Below are positions 11,968 through 25,500 of a DNA stretch of 38,718 nucleotides, piece after piece. This DNA comes from Ascoidea asiatica JCM 7603 (Eukaryota; Fungi; Ascomycota). The DNA lies in the NCBI GenBank assembly GCA_001600695.1, contig BCKQ01000011.1:595070-633787 (forward strand). Direction: 5' to 3'. The notes beneath the pieces were generated by a model. It was not told the origin of the DNA and did not search any database. It worked only from the letters and a program-made list of their open reading frames with translations. The translations under genes and the position numbers were made by a program. Position 1 is the stretch's first letter, and the number at the start of each line of letters is the position of its first letter.

Positions 11968-14900
11968 TTAACAATTTAAAATTTTAAGATAGTTTTTCAG
12001 CTTGGAAGTTGTTAAAGGTTTTGTAAACATATCGGCAGGATTATAATTACCCGAAATATGAGAAACTTTTAATAACTTAACCTTTGTAATATCATATAAA
12101 ATTTCAACTTAATTTTAATCTGTCTTGGATATGGAAGACTAACCTTTTCAAAATTGTTAATTTTGTAGACTAATCCAGCATTATCAATGAACATATTTTA
12201 AGGTGAATAATCTTTAATCTCTGTCTCAATCTCTTCTATAAAATAAATCAAATAAAAGATAACCTTTGCACCTATTGTAGCTCCCATAATTTCAGCTTCA
12301 TAAGATGATAAAGGCTGGGTGGGCCAACAGTCGCTGACTTCCAAGAAACCACAGTACCACGATATGTTAAAACATAACCTGCAGTACTGTTTGTACTATA
12401 AGAAGCATCTGCGTAAAGATCAATTGTTTTGCCATTGATTGATTCAAATTTATACTTAAAGTTCGTTGATCCTTTAAGATATCTAAGAAGATGTTTAGCC
12501 GTAAATAAATCAATTGTTGAAGGGCATGACATACTTTGGGTTAGTTCATGTGTAGCAAAAGCAATATCTAGACGCTTATTAGTCGCTAAATAAAGTAACG
12601 AACCAACCATTTGTTGATAAAGATTTTTATCTTTATCATTAAGTATGATTTTTGATTCATGAAGATTTAAATAAGGAGGAAATCTTGCGGTTGCATCAAC
12701 AAATTTGAATTTTTGTAGGATACTGGTTGTAATGGTATCAGAAGTCATTACAATTTCACCATCTGTTGATGAAAAATCCAAACCTGGAAAATATTCAAAA
12801 GATGTTTCTTTAATTGATAACATGGTTCTCAATTTATCCACAAATGTTGAAATGTTTTTAAGATTTTTCCCTAAAATTATACAATCATCCACATAGATGG
12901 CTATTAGTAAACCAGTTGATGATTTAAAACAGCAGTGGTCTGATAGTAGCTGAGTACATTCTAGTAGAAGTAGAATGTTTTTAAAATGAACAAAAAATGA
13001 TAAAGGAGATTGTCTTAGACCATAAAGCGATTTCGTCAATTTAACATATTTTGTGTTATATTCAGCATTAAATCCTTTTGGGGTTCTAAGAAAATAATTG
13101 ATTTCAAGAATTGGAGCATGAAGAAATGCTGTTGAAATATCAAGTGTTTTAATCTTGAACCTGTCATGTGCAGCATATGAAAGGAGAATTCTAAAATGAT
13201 TGTTATTCAAAACAGGACTAGTGAATTGAAATTTTGATAGTGTTGGATCATGAAACTTTTTGAATACGCCAAGTACAACAAGTCTTGCTTTATGCTTAAG
13301 ATTTAAAGTGATATTATCAACTTTAATATTAAATATCCATCCTGCAGCAAATACCTTTGCATTCTTTGGTAAAGAAACAGTGCCTTCAAACACATCAGAT
13401 TGTATTATTTGATGCTTTTCAATTTTGATAGCGTCTTCCCAAGAATAATATTGGATTGCATGTGCATAAGATTTAGGAATAAACGGATCATGAGAAAAAT
13501 TAATTTCCAAATCTGAATTTTATGGCGGAAGAAATTTATCGTCCAAATGACTGTTCTCGGAGTCAACTTTTGTTTCAATAGTAGTTGGTTGAGACACAAG
13601 TATTTGATATATTGGAATTTCCGAGACAAGATTTGTAGCTTTGACATAAATTGACAAAACGTTGTTAACAACAATAAAACAATCAAGTTTCTGGATATCT
13701 GTAACTGTTGCAATTGAATCAATCAAAACAGCTGAAGTTGCATGAGCAACTTTATAAATACATGAGTACTCATTATATCCGAGAAATGTTCCATATTCAC
13801 AGGTATTTGGGTTATAGCTATACAATATATCAGATCCAAATACAAGAAAGGTAAGCTTATTCGGCTCTCTCTCATAAAATACAAATAAAGGAATCTGATT
13901 AGTTGAGGAGTGAATTTCGTGTTTAGTAAAACACAATCCAATTCTGTAACGTTTTAAATAAATGTTCATTATAAACGGAAGGGTGATGGGATAAAATTTT
14001 TGATGCCATAGGTTTATTTCTAATACCTGATTTGGATCTACCCTTATGAAGCGGCATATCCGTCTGGTAGTCCAATCATTCCATTGAATTTAGATTTTTT
14101 TTACTCTGTTTCATTATCAATTTTTAATTCAGGTTCAGGTAAATATAATCTAGTGCAGCATTTCGAAATAATCTTATCTATTTCTGGGCTAACAGAATCT
14201 TTATCATTCATAGTAAATGCTGTTGTGAATCTACTATAATCATCCATTATAATAAATTGGTATTTGCCATAGTTTTGTGGGGTGATGTTTGAATGAATAA
14301 TTTGGAGCTTTCTGAGTCTTAGTTTAGCTGGCACAGTTGTAGTATGCGAATTATTTTTCACATTAATTAATGTGCAAATTTGACACAGTTCAATTTTGAA
14401 TTATTTATCTTTGGTTAATTTGTATTGTAGCTTGAGCATTGCTGAAGTAGATACATGGCCTAATAAATAGTGTAATTTAAGTATTTTATCTTCTGGAATA
14501 CCTAAATATTTTTCATTAACACTAGGAAGTTTGACTGAATTTAAGTGAAAAATTGAATCTTCATTATCCTGTTTAGAATATGAATTATCAACATCCTTTG
14601 ATCCAGGTGAATAGTTATTTAATTTTTGAATAACTAATTCTGGTTGAGAATTGTGAAGATGATAAGCAAAGTTATTTGATGAATTTTGTTTAACAATTTG
14701 TATATTTTCTCTAACAAGAAGTCCATTTTCCATACGACCTATGATGAAGTCATTGCAGGAAAGTTTACCATCAAGTAGTTGAAAGTGTCTGTCATCAAAG
14801 CAGCAAAACTGATTAGGGTTCTGCCTTTTTCAATCAGCATAGCTTGACCATCTTGTGAAGAGTGAACAGGAAACTTGATAGTAATTGTACCAGTTCCTTT

Positions 14901-16368
14901 AGTGTACACTGCAGTATCAACAATTCCTTTAATTAATACTTTGCTTGTTCTAAAATTTTTAGCTAAAGTTCTATCATTGGTAACAGAGATATTAGCCCCT
15001 GTATCCCATAAGGTAGGATGAGAAGTATTATTAACATTTGAAAGAAAGAAACAGTTGTTTCCTTCAGCAAATGAAGTAGTTGATATTGGAGTTTCAGCAG
15101 TGTTTGCATTATGTTTGTATGCATTGCTGTTAGTAGCATTTTATGATTTGAATTATGATTTTGTGAACCAGATGATCCTTGATCATTATTATTAAATGAA
15201 TTTGAGTTGATATTATTATTTTTAGAAGAATCTTCATTTTTCCTCCTAATAATTTTATTTGAATTATTAGATGATATATTAGTGTTGTTTATGTGTTCAC
15301 CAAAGTTGTGTTTGGTTTGACACCCACGCCAATAAGGTTTAGAATCTTTGAAAGATTTTTTGTAGTTAGCATTACTTTTATTTGAACTAGCAGAATCATT
15401 ATTATTTGACGATTGTTTATGATTAACAGTATTAGAAACATGAGTTTTAGGTCTTTTTTTACCAAATATAACAACATTAACATTAGCATTATTACTATGC
15501 TGTGGTATGTTGACATGTTTATGGTTAATCATTTTAATAATTGATTCAAATTTAAGTCCTTTCTCATTGTCAAGTAATTGAAGCAAATATCTTTCAAGTG
15601 GTTTTTCCAATCCTGGGAATCTTGAACATTCATGTTTGATTCTGATTCTTACATACATGGCTTCCCATGCTGTAGCAGGATCTGAAAAGGTTTTCTCAAA
15701 ATCTTTGGATCCATCATTAAGACTATGAATTATTTGAAGAAAGTTTGTATCCTTTTAAAAATCTAATCCATTAGGTCTTTGTAGGGAATTTGCCAAGATA
15801 TTTCCATCTGGAACCATTGAATTTACTTCATTCCAGATTTCGAAAGATGATTTGTTTCTCCAAAGGTTTTGCTTGTGCCTGGGAACAATATCACGAAATG
15901 CTGATGCTAATGCTTTATCAAGTTGGTTAAAATAATAAACTGTTGTTGGAATATCATCAGCAAATAAGAATTGAGAAATTTGTCATAATTAAATTGATAT
16001 CAATAGGCAAAAGGAAATTGTACCAATTTAGATAGATCCTGATCGCCTTGAATTTCATATTCAAGTTCTTCTTTTTGAATTGAAAATTGATCACTTGGAT
16101 CAACGGTATATTTCTTTGAAATATTTTTAAGTTGAATACGGTATGAACAAAGGACATGAGTTGCACCTTGAGTTCCAGAAGACATCATTGGAAAGTTTGT
16201 AGCAGTTGTAGAAGCTATATGATCAAACGAATTAGTATTATCGGTTGTTCTTGTGCTAGTAAAACTTGATGATTCAGATAGATTATTACAATTAGAAGTT
16301 TCTGAATCCGATTCTGACTAACATGGAGCAGACGATTTTGGCTGTAAAGCTAACCCAAATTTTGCCAT
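11968..16368 (-). pseudogene. Copia gag-pol polyprotein with stops and frameshifts
   Basis: Protease LWDTGANISVTND (~14970-15010); LHYLLGH...CQIC; integrase IMDDYSRF and KIDNETE; RT KARLVVLG, LDISTAFL, KSLYGLRQSP and IYVDD (ORF 12272-13510); RNase H YADAS and NPADMFTKPL; stop at 11968-11970. Confidence 0.96.
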
Positions 16369-17865
16369 ATAGGTACTGCCTTTAAATCCAATAATGAAAT
16401 GTAATCAAAGTAAAATATCATTACTTAAAGCTTTAATACAATCAATAAAACAAAAATGAAAAATCAGGGAAATAGAAATAAGAAAACTTATTTATAGATT
16501 TTTAAATTGTACTTTAATTGATTTCCACACAAATGTTTGTGTAAGGAAAAATTAATAATGTTGATACAAATGTGAAATCAACTTTGAAAAATCAGCTTAA
16601 AATTGATTATAAATTAATAAGGATTTATAATGAATTTTTAGAATCATAATTATATTATTTTGATTTTATTACTGTTTTAAAAACTATTTTACTTTTGAAT
16701 GTTGATCTGCAATTAAATTTAAATTTAAATCTAAGTTTGGAAACTGAATTTTAATTGGAATTGTTTTTTATTTTTGAAATGATTTAAAAAAAAAATATAA
16801 TTCTAAAGTTCAAAAGTTAATGAATTTTTAAAATAGTTTAATTTTTAGTTATTTTATTAAAACAAAAATTAATATTGAAGAAGCAGTTAAATTGATTATA
16901 TCACTATTGCTAGTTATATTGTTGTTTTTGTTATTTGATTTTGATTTTGATAAGTATTTATAACAATTGCTTAAACACTTATGAAAAAGTTTAGTCTGCT
17001 TCAAAAGATATTATCCGTTTTGTTAGTATAGTTTAATTATTAGTAAAGTGCTTTCAGAACTCCCCATAGACGCGAAAGAAGTAAGTTGAAAAAAACTTAT
17101 TTTAATATGAGCAAGATTTATCATCTAGCAAGCATGTAATAGTAAAACTATATGGTTTGTAAAGATAATTATCCCTATCAGCGAAATAAATCTATAAGTG
17201 GCGCAGAGTTACCTTTTGTGGCTCGTTGGTAGAGTATGCAGTTAAACCAGTACTGAACCTACGGAACTTTATGAAGTGTCTTTAGTAAAAAAGGTAGGGT
17301 AACTAAACAACTTTTGAATTGTATTTCGCAAAAATGGGGTGTCAATATCAGACGTTTTGTAGTGTAATTACCAAAAAGTCTGTTGCTCTTCATATCTGAA
17401 ATTTTTGAAATTTTTAGAATTCTTGTAATTTTTGTAATTTTTGTAATTTTTGAGATTTTCGAAATTGTTTTTTTTTTTTTTTTTTTTTTTTAAAATTTTC
17501 AATTTCAAACTATTATTTCAATTTTTGTTATTAAATATATATTTATATATAAAATCTATTTAAAAAAAATTGACCGATGTTCTGTTGAATTTCTTTAAAT
17601 CAGAACAAAATTTATATTATAAAAATTTGTACCAGCAATTAATCTATCAACACTACCTGCTCCACCACCTTTCTCTTATTGAATTCCACTGATTAGTTTT
17701 GATTGAATTGTTGTGAACAGTTCGGTATTAAAGAAATTAAAAAAAAAAAAAAAATTTTTTTAAAAACAATTGAAATTTGAAGAAAACTAAGAATAACTTT
17801 GATTTGAAGAACCGTGCTTCAACAATATCTTATGATATTGTTGTTTTCATCTTAAGTTAGCTTCT

Positions 17866-17875
17866 GCTCATAACC
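17866..17875 (-). promoter_or_regulatory. Primer-binding site, internal (half-molecule) tRNA-iMet type
   Basis: GGTTATGAGC directly follows the LTR on the minus strand. It is complementary to the iMet anticodon stem-loop, as in Ty5 and Drosophila copia. Confidence 0.8.
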
Positions 17876-18085
17876 TATAAACTCAGATTAAAGAAGTCCT
17901 TGATCTCTTATCCTCGAGCAAGAACGAAGAGAGGTATTTTCGTGTATTTATATATCAAGAATCAAGCGAGAGTGTCGGACTCAACCTTGGGAAAAGACAT
18001 ATAAGCTGTGGCGGTAAAAGAGGGTAATGTCATACATTGTGTGACACAATGAGTGACATGGCCATTAAAGCCTAATATCTTAACA
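17876..18085 (-). repeat. LTR (5' copy)
   Basis: Begins TGTTAAGA and ends ...TTTATA rather than CA on the minus strand; followed by the PBS; homologous to 11548-11752. Confidence 0.88.
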
Positions 18086-18089
18086 TTAA

Positions 18090-20161
18090 TGTCTTCCCGA
18101 CCGGATATACAAGTGTAGTGGACAAATGGCTCATATATATATAGAGTTTTCTAGGTAAGACATTTGAGTCTTAGAGAGCTATATATATTTGAAGGTTGAG
18201 CAAAGTAAAGAAAAGAATTGAACCCAAGAAGAAAGAATGAAAAAAAGAAGAAAAATCAAAAGTAACGTGTACATAGCAAGCGAAGTAAAATAAATCAGCG
18301 TACTTCACAGACTCGACTCACAGCTATATCTCATTTGATATTAATATCATATGAAACACTACCCCACTTGGTTAGATGATAAGAAAGCCCTAATTCCTTG
18401 AGGAGGGCTTTGAAGTCCAATGACCAGGAGCCCGGATCCATCGTTGAAACAGGATCTTCTCTTTGACGAAGTTTTCTTCGAAGCCAATATCAGTCAAGGA
18501 GTGACCCCTATGATTGGCTCATCCCTTTTCTCATCTGATCTCTTTTTCTTGTCGGAAACTTTCTCCTTTGTATTAGGACTGGATCACGTTGATCTGGAAC
18601 TGAAGGAATTTTTTGGACATTTTCTTCCTAGTTCCCCAAAACCGTTCCTATGAAATCGTACGATTATGCAAGGCATGATTTGGACTCTCCCTCTCGGAAG
18701 CTTCAAGTTTATTTTGCATAGCCTTGTCAACCTGACGAGGACTCAACAAAAAAGTCAGGAAACATGCGGGCGGATTTCGGTAGTCGATGTTTCTGTCTTT
18801 CCGACCATTGGACACACGTGAACTTGCTTTTTCTGATAGCACCGAGTCGGGAATTGAACTTTTCGGACAGCCTACCTAAGCAATGTTTTCTCATATCCGC
18901 CATAACAATATCTTCTTCAACCGGAAGTTCAGATAGACCGGACCTCTGATTTTTATTTATTTCCAAAGCTAATCGGACCTCTGTTAAAAGAAAAGTGTCT
19001 GAACCACTCACGTTATCTGGGAGAGACTTTTTGGTACCGGAATTCAGCAGCTTACCGAAAGGTCTTGTAGCAACTTCTGATGCAACGTCATCAGGACTTC
19101 TTGCTTCTGAAGAAGAGGAAGAGCGTTTAGCGGCGCTACCATGTAGAGAATTTTCAATCATTTTAGCAAATCGAATATATAAATTTTACGTACTTACGAA
19201 CTAAGTATTAATCAATGAACTTGTGCCAATCGATGATCTAAAAAGAAAACTAAATAAATTATAAAAAAATAAGAGGAAATCGATTTCTCTTATATGAATT
19301 CTGGATTTCTACGGGTTGCCGCAGAGCTATCGAGAATTCTGGAGAACTCTCAAAAAGTGCCAGGATTCCTTCGTAGAATCAGGGTGGCAATCAAGTTTAC
19401 CTTGTAAATAGGGTTGAAAACTTGGTTCGAAATCAATTTAAATTCGGGTTCTAATTTGACCATAATAAAACCAAGCATCCCAGTTTCCAGTGGGGTAGGC
19501 AATCAAAATAATTGCGGGTAATAATTTTTAGTCCCTGCGCCGGATTCTGAATCGATTCTTAAGGGACTTGCGCCACTACTCTCCAGTTTTCTCCGAGACA
19601 ATTCCATATACGCCGTGAGAACTATACCGTATCTCCACAAAAGTAGGCTTAGTGAATTCAACCATCCAGAAGGCGGACCAGCCCGGAGCCGATTGGACTT
19701 GCGGAGCTAAGATTTATCGAGATAGACGGGAAATCCTAGCTGCTCTTTTATTTTCTTCGTGACGAGTCGCTTAGCTTTAATATACTGTTAAAGGGGGTAG
19801 ATAATGCCTGGTCCAAATCGCCAGGTCTTTTCTACTTTGCACGCTATACCCGACGTAAACACGCAAGTCCTATGCCATATGACTACAGTATCACAGGATA
19901 TCCAATTATCTCTGTACCTGTACAGAGACTCATGAATGGTCATATTAATTGATGTGTTCTGGCTGCCAGTTAATGTAAGTTTATCCAAGAATATATATAT
20001 TTATGCCCAATTATGTATCATTATGCATAATTGTACATAATCTATACCTATTATTGTATAATATATGACTCTGTTACGTCAAGACCTTCACTATATATGC
20101 TGTTACAACCAATAAATTCCCTAGTATATATAGTTCTCTATAATTTCCAACACTCTGAACA
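18090..20161. mobile_element. 2072-bp TG...CA segment with putative 4-bp TTAA TSD, unclassified
   Basis: TTAA|TGTC...GAACA|TTAA; internal part GC-richer than the flanks; TATA-rich terminal arms; inverted G-tracts at 18359 and 19791. Confidence 0.5.
18360..19161 (-). pseudogene. Unidentified Ser/Lys/Arg-rich ORF, disrupted after codon 144
   Basis: 144-aa ORF 18727-19161, overlapping continuation 18648-18842, and further partly open frames down to ~18360. No recognised domain. Confidence 0.45.
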
Positions 20162-21158
20162 TTAATTAAACTTTTTTTTAACTCCATTATTAATTTAAAT
20201 TATTTTATCATGGCAAGCTGTCGTTCTTTTGTCACATTAAAATGCTGTTTGCTTTGAAGTTCTTCATTAACTATTGTAGTTCATTGAATCAATTATATAA
20301 TAAGCAACAGTCTTTTTGCTTAAATCATATTTAAAAAAAAAAAATTCTTTATGAACAAGATTTGTTGGCTCTAGTTTTCCCTGATGATTTTCATCATATG
20401 ACGAAAGATTTTCTTCTATACTTATGTCTTTGTTCTTTTTTTCAATAACTTCAGTCTCTCTATCTCTTTTAACGGAATCGCTTTTTATATCACCATCTTC
20501 ATCAGCATCTTTTATTCTGTCTGTGTTTCGATTGTATCCAATATCACTAGTTTAGAATCTTTTGATTTATTTTTTAACAGTATTTGAATCCATATTTTAG
20601 TTGATCCTTTCAGAAAAATCAAATATACCTTCTCAGTTTTATTCATTTTACGTTCCTTCACTTTCTAATACAGACATATGTAAATCCTTTGCAATCTCAC
20701 TAGAATCAATTGCATAAAGAAAAGTATCTAAGAAATTGAAATATCTGAGCATTAATAATTTATCTGTCGGTGGAACATATAGCAAATAACCATACTAGTT
20801 TGCAGAACGTAGTATACCTAAACCTTCAACACATCTTCCGTTTAATTTCGAACTATAAAGTAAATTTGAAATAATAACCATTGAAACCAAAAGGATGTAG
20901 CTGTGTTGGTTTGACAAACTTTTTTGACAAATAATTCCATGGACTACTTTTTAATTTATGCAATTACAATAAATTTCGCGGTTCAACAGAATATTTTGCT
21001 GTAAATAGCCAAAATTTAATGCCTAAACCAGAACTTTTAAATTATAATGTGTTCATACATGACTGATTATTGAAAAATTTATCCTGTAAGGGTAAACCCA
21101 TTTGGCTGAGCAGTATAAGCTGAATGAGATCTTCGCCTGCTTTCATTTTCACAACATA

Positions 21159-22539
21159 CAGTGGCTTCCAATTTCACGCCGTTTTGGAATCGCAGGTGTC
21201 AAAATTTTTGAAATAACTGTTTAAAATATTTATTCAATGACCCAGTATATAGTGTATATAGTTTATAAACATCATAAAACGCAGTTTATCTAAATCAGCA
21301 ATTTGTACGAAATCAAAAAATATAGAGAATGTAGCAAAATGATCTCTTATTTACCTCTATTTTGAGGAGAATAAGAAGCCCTCTTACATTGCCGATCAGA
21401 TTCGGATGAGAGTTGAATCGGTTGAAACAATTATTAAAAGGCATAAACAGCTGCTCACACCTCCTAAACTTAGAGGAAAACCCAAGCTGTTAACAGATCG
21501 TGATTCTAGGGTGCTAAAGCAAGCTGATTTTGCAAAAAAAAACAGTTTCCGGGGTTGAATTACCGGGCCGTGGTTGCGCGAATACAACGAGAAAAGTCCG
21601 TCAAGAAATGGGAGTTTTCAGTTAAAAGACGGAGACAACCCCTTCTTGAATGATACTCATAAAAAAGTGGGCATGCTGTTTGCTAGAAAATAGCAAAATT
21701 CGACCGCTGAGGAATGGGTAAAGGTGGTCTGGTCCGATGAAAGTTCCATCGGTAGTACCTGTAGCTGGGGACAAAGATATGGGTTCATATTAAAAGACCA
21801 AAAAAACCTCTGCCAAAGATTCGGAAACATTTAAGTTCCAATGACGGTAATCCAGATGGTATGGGCTACTCCTCCCTCAAAGGACTGGGAAAATTACATC
21901 AATCGGAGCAAGGAAGGTCTGCAAATTCCCTTTCGTATCACAACTGTTTAGAAGAAAATCTTTTTCCTTACATTTCTTCGAGTTTGGAAGGTAATGATCA
22001 CCTGATATTTTTGCAGCACAATGCCCCGACGTCGGCCTCTTCGAAAGAATTTTTCGATTCCAAAGGGTTGGTGGTGTTGGGGTGGCCTTCAAACTCACCA
22101 GACCTCAATCCCATTGAAAATTTGTGGTCAATTTTGAATGGATATCTTGCAAAAGAGTTTCCTGACCTTCACTCCTCTTTAAAACCCCGCAAAGTTCGAT
22201 ACCAGGATCTTCAAGAGGTAATTAACCACTGCTGGGAAAACATTCTAGATAGTGTCGTGGAAAACCTAATTTTCTGTATGCCCAAAAGAATGAAAATGGT
22301 TTTGGAGCAAAAAGGAGGCTCCATTCCCTGTTAGGAGATTTTTTTATTTCGCATCCTTTTTTTATTTATTTTTACATATTCATATTCTACAGATTTCTAT
22401 CTACTTTTTTATATAATTTTATCGAATTTTACATTAATTCATTGTTTCAAAATTGTAGATTTTAAAAACAAAAAAAAATAAAATAAAATAAAACCCATCT
22501 TTAAAATCAAAAAGTGTTCAAACGTGTTGGGAGGCACTG
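21159..22539 (+). mobile_element. Tc1/mariner DNA transposon, full length (1381 bp), defective
   Basis: TIRs CAGTGGCTTCCAA / TTGGGAGGCACTG; TA duplication at 21157-21158 and 22540-22541; the empty site is the palindrome AACATATGTT. Confidence 0.93.
21340..22334 (+). pseudogene. Tc1-like DDE transposase
   Basis: HTH region then RGKPKLLTDRD; VVWSDES; FLQHNAP (second D reads H); WPSNSPDLNPIENLW. Frameshifts and stops upstream of ORF 21861-22334. Confidence 0.95.
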
Positions 22540-25500
22540 TATGTTATTGAATTCGTTACTCATATATTCAGTTGCTTGATCTGAAAATATTATGCTCATC
22601 CTATACTTAAATTGAATTTTACCAAAGTTCTGGTATAATTTAAAAACCAGATATACATCAGACTTTTTCTTAATAGAAAATATTAAAGCAAAACAGTAAA
22701 TTGATCAAAAACAGAATCAAAAGAATCACCTACATTAAACCTATTTTAAGTTCTTAAAGCTCCAAATATATCTGGATTAACAACTTGAAGTGGTTCAGTA
22801 ATGGCATGATACAGTTTCCTCAAGAAAAATTAGGTCTAAAGATTTAGATCCAAGACCTGATTGAAAATTATTTTTCTGATTATTTAAATGATGAATAACT
22901 CTATTATCTAAATTTTCATTTAAACCCTTTTTAATTGATTCTCTAGTAATTTTTCACTTAACATAAACCAATTTTTCATGTAAATTACCAACTGGTTTTC
23001 CTAAATCATTTTTCAATTTAAAATATATTCCTAATGACAAAATATTGTTTTGAAACTTAATGGGAAATTTAACATTCGAATAGCTAATACCCAGGAAATT
23101 AGCATCCTTATCATCATCGGTTAATAGGAAACCTTTATTTCTGAATAAAATAAAAGAAATTAAAGTATTTAAGATTTTTCGAAAATTGTGACATTTTAGA
23201 TTGAATAATTTAGCTTATATTTTTAATCGGCAAATTCACATTTTTCCTATTCCTACATGATCCGATGTAGGACCTGCAAACTCCTTTTTATTAGCATCCG
23301 CAGTACCAATCAAAAATTATTTATTTTTGTAAGTGACATGGGAAAACCAGAATATAAAACTGTAATCTTGGCAAAGCCTTATATTGATATTAAATAGTCC
23401 TTCAAGATTCGCTTTTAAATATTTTGAGATGTATCACATTGTTTGGAGTTTTCGAATTTGAAACAATAAGCTGTTTTATGACCTTTTCACTCCCATAAAA
23501 TAACAAACAATGTTAGTTTGATTAATGGATTTCCTAACTTTTACTTTTTTACCATCATTAACATTCTTATTATTATTACTAGAATGAGCAGTAGAGCTTT
23601 CATTGAATGTCTCACCATATTGCTTTGAAGGGCTGTAATAAATTTATCTAAAGAAGGTTCTACACAAGATAAATTTTAAAATTCATAAATTTTCTCAGAA
23701 GTACAACCTAATGATCTTAGTAAAGGAGAAACAATTTGTTTTTTAGATAATGTATCATCCGGTCTAACCAATTTTTCTGTTAAAGCTTCAATTATAGTAA
23801 AAAATTCAGCGGGATCAACTTCATTATTATATAGCAAATCAGGTAAATCATAATACACTTTAACATAAGTTCTTTACTTAGCCAATCTCATTTGAATAGT
23901 TAACAAGTTTTCTAATGCCGTTTTATAATGACAAATATGACTCTTATATTTATCATCAAGAATCCAATAGAAAATATGTTTTAGAGCACCATTTTGTTCC
24001 ATTGAATGCTTAGTTCGTTTTCTTGAGACTTCACATAATCCAGTAGCTTCTAATCTAGTTGTTAAAGCATCAAAACAATTATAAAAATTATTTCTATTAT
24101 TCAATAACCCGACCAGCATAGCATGATATTTGGATTAATCAAATACAAACTTTACTCTAATTTGCGGAGACTATTATTCACCAGCATTATAAATACCCTG
24201 ATTGCTACCTTCTTGATTAGTTGATCATACATTCTAAAAAAAATTTTTGGTTTATTATTTTTAGTTATCCTATTCGAAAGATCATCCGAATTAGAATGTG
24301 TTGGACCTTGTGATAAATACTATATATCAATTGTTTTCCCTTGCTTCTCTCATGTTTTTTCACCTTCTTAGCTGTGCTTTATATTAACTTTGATTATTCG
24401 GATCAAAATACAATTGAAGAATTACAATAGAATAGTGTAGTATTCCTTTTAGTTGCACAAACAAACATCTAGAATTGTGCTACGCAAATACTTTTTTGGC
24501 CATTAATGGTCGGTTGACAAATTTCTGTCTCACACACTGAGTGAAAAGTTTCAGATAATTACAAAGGGCCTAAAAAATTTTTATGCTTTTCAAAAAACTT
24601 TTTTTTTTACAAGGATGCCGAATACCCTCCAAGAACTAGATGAGCATGTTGTAATTGTTAGAACCTCTTAGAATTTTTCATTTTTCAACTGCGACTTACT
24701 TGCGCTAGCAAGAAAGCGCTACCGTTACCATTTTCACTCAGAGAATTTTCAATGTTTTCCCTGCAATAGGTGACCCGCACATTTGAATCAGACTTTTACT
24801 AGCCAATTTTGGGTCTCGATACAGAACACTAAGGTTTGGGGAATTTATACCAATAAACACATGTTCACAAAAAATTGTCTTATTGCCCAAAATAATGCTG
24901 CAGGATCGTTAGTAGTTCCATAATCAACACCTTTATTAAATAAGTGGAAGAGGTACGTCCACTCTTGAGTTAACAGTGTGATGCTACTTTTTTTTTATTT
25001 TATCAATATAATTTGGTATGCCTCCACAACTTTGTTAGGGTTCTGTTATTCGTAGCTTTTATTGTTATGAGAAGTTTAGTTTTCCGCTTATTGAAAATCC
25101 TAACCGTGGCTGTTAGATTCTGATCATTATTTTTACTATGTATTGTTATTTGTTGGTACGGCTTTTCAAATTATTTTCCAACTTAAATTTTGCAATTTTC
25201 CGCTATACTATGTACTGTGGAGTCTGATGGAGAATATTTATCCATTATTCAAAATTATTAATTATTTTTCTTTTTTAAATTGTTTTGTTTCTGTTATTTT
25301 ACACTTTTCTTTGCTAAATATTCAAATGGTATAACCTTATGAGTAATTAATTTGTAATTAATGTTCAATATTGAAATAATGTTTAGATTGTAAGTATTTG
25401 CTGTATATGTCATAAGAGCATATGGTTTAATGAAAAGATATATCATTACAGTTGAAGTCTCTTGTAATATGGTTGCAAGATATTTTACAGAAACATTTTT

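Larger units (their letters stand above)
11548..18085 (-). mobile_element. Ty1/Copia LTR retrotransposon bounded by related LTRs
   Basis: Direct repeats 11548-11752 and 17876-18085; flanks TTCAT / TTAAT (4/5, probable TSD); PBS next to the 5' LTR; internal gag-PR-IN-RT-RH. Caveats: no PPT beside the 3' LTR, and ~1.5 kb between PBS and gag, so the LTRs and coding region may belong to different elements. Confidence 0.7.
20560..24400 (-). pseudogene. Second, heavily decayed Copia gag-PR-integrase, lacking RT and split by a Tc1 element
   Basis: Zinc-knuckle remnant CYF..VKGHKTAYC (~23460-23510); integrase EPLQVVNPDIFGAL and IFSDQATEY; across the Tc1 insertion AYTAQPNG and SGLGIKFW. Confidence 0.8.

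Noticed and set aside
11548-18085. RIP-type mutation
   Set aside because: Differences between the two LTRs include many transversions and indels, with no clear C-to-T bias at CpA by eye.
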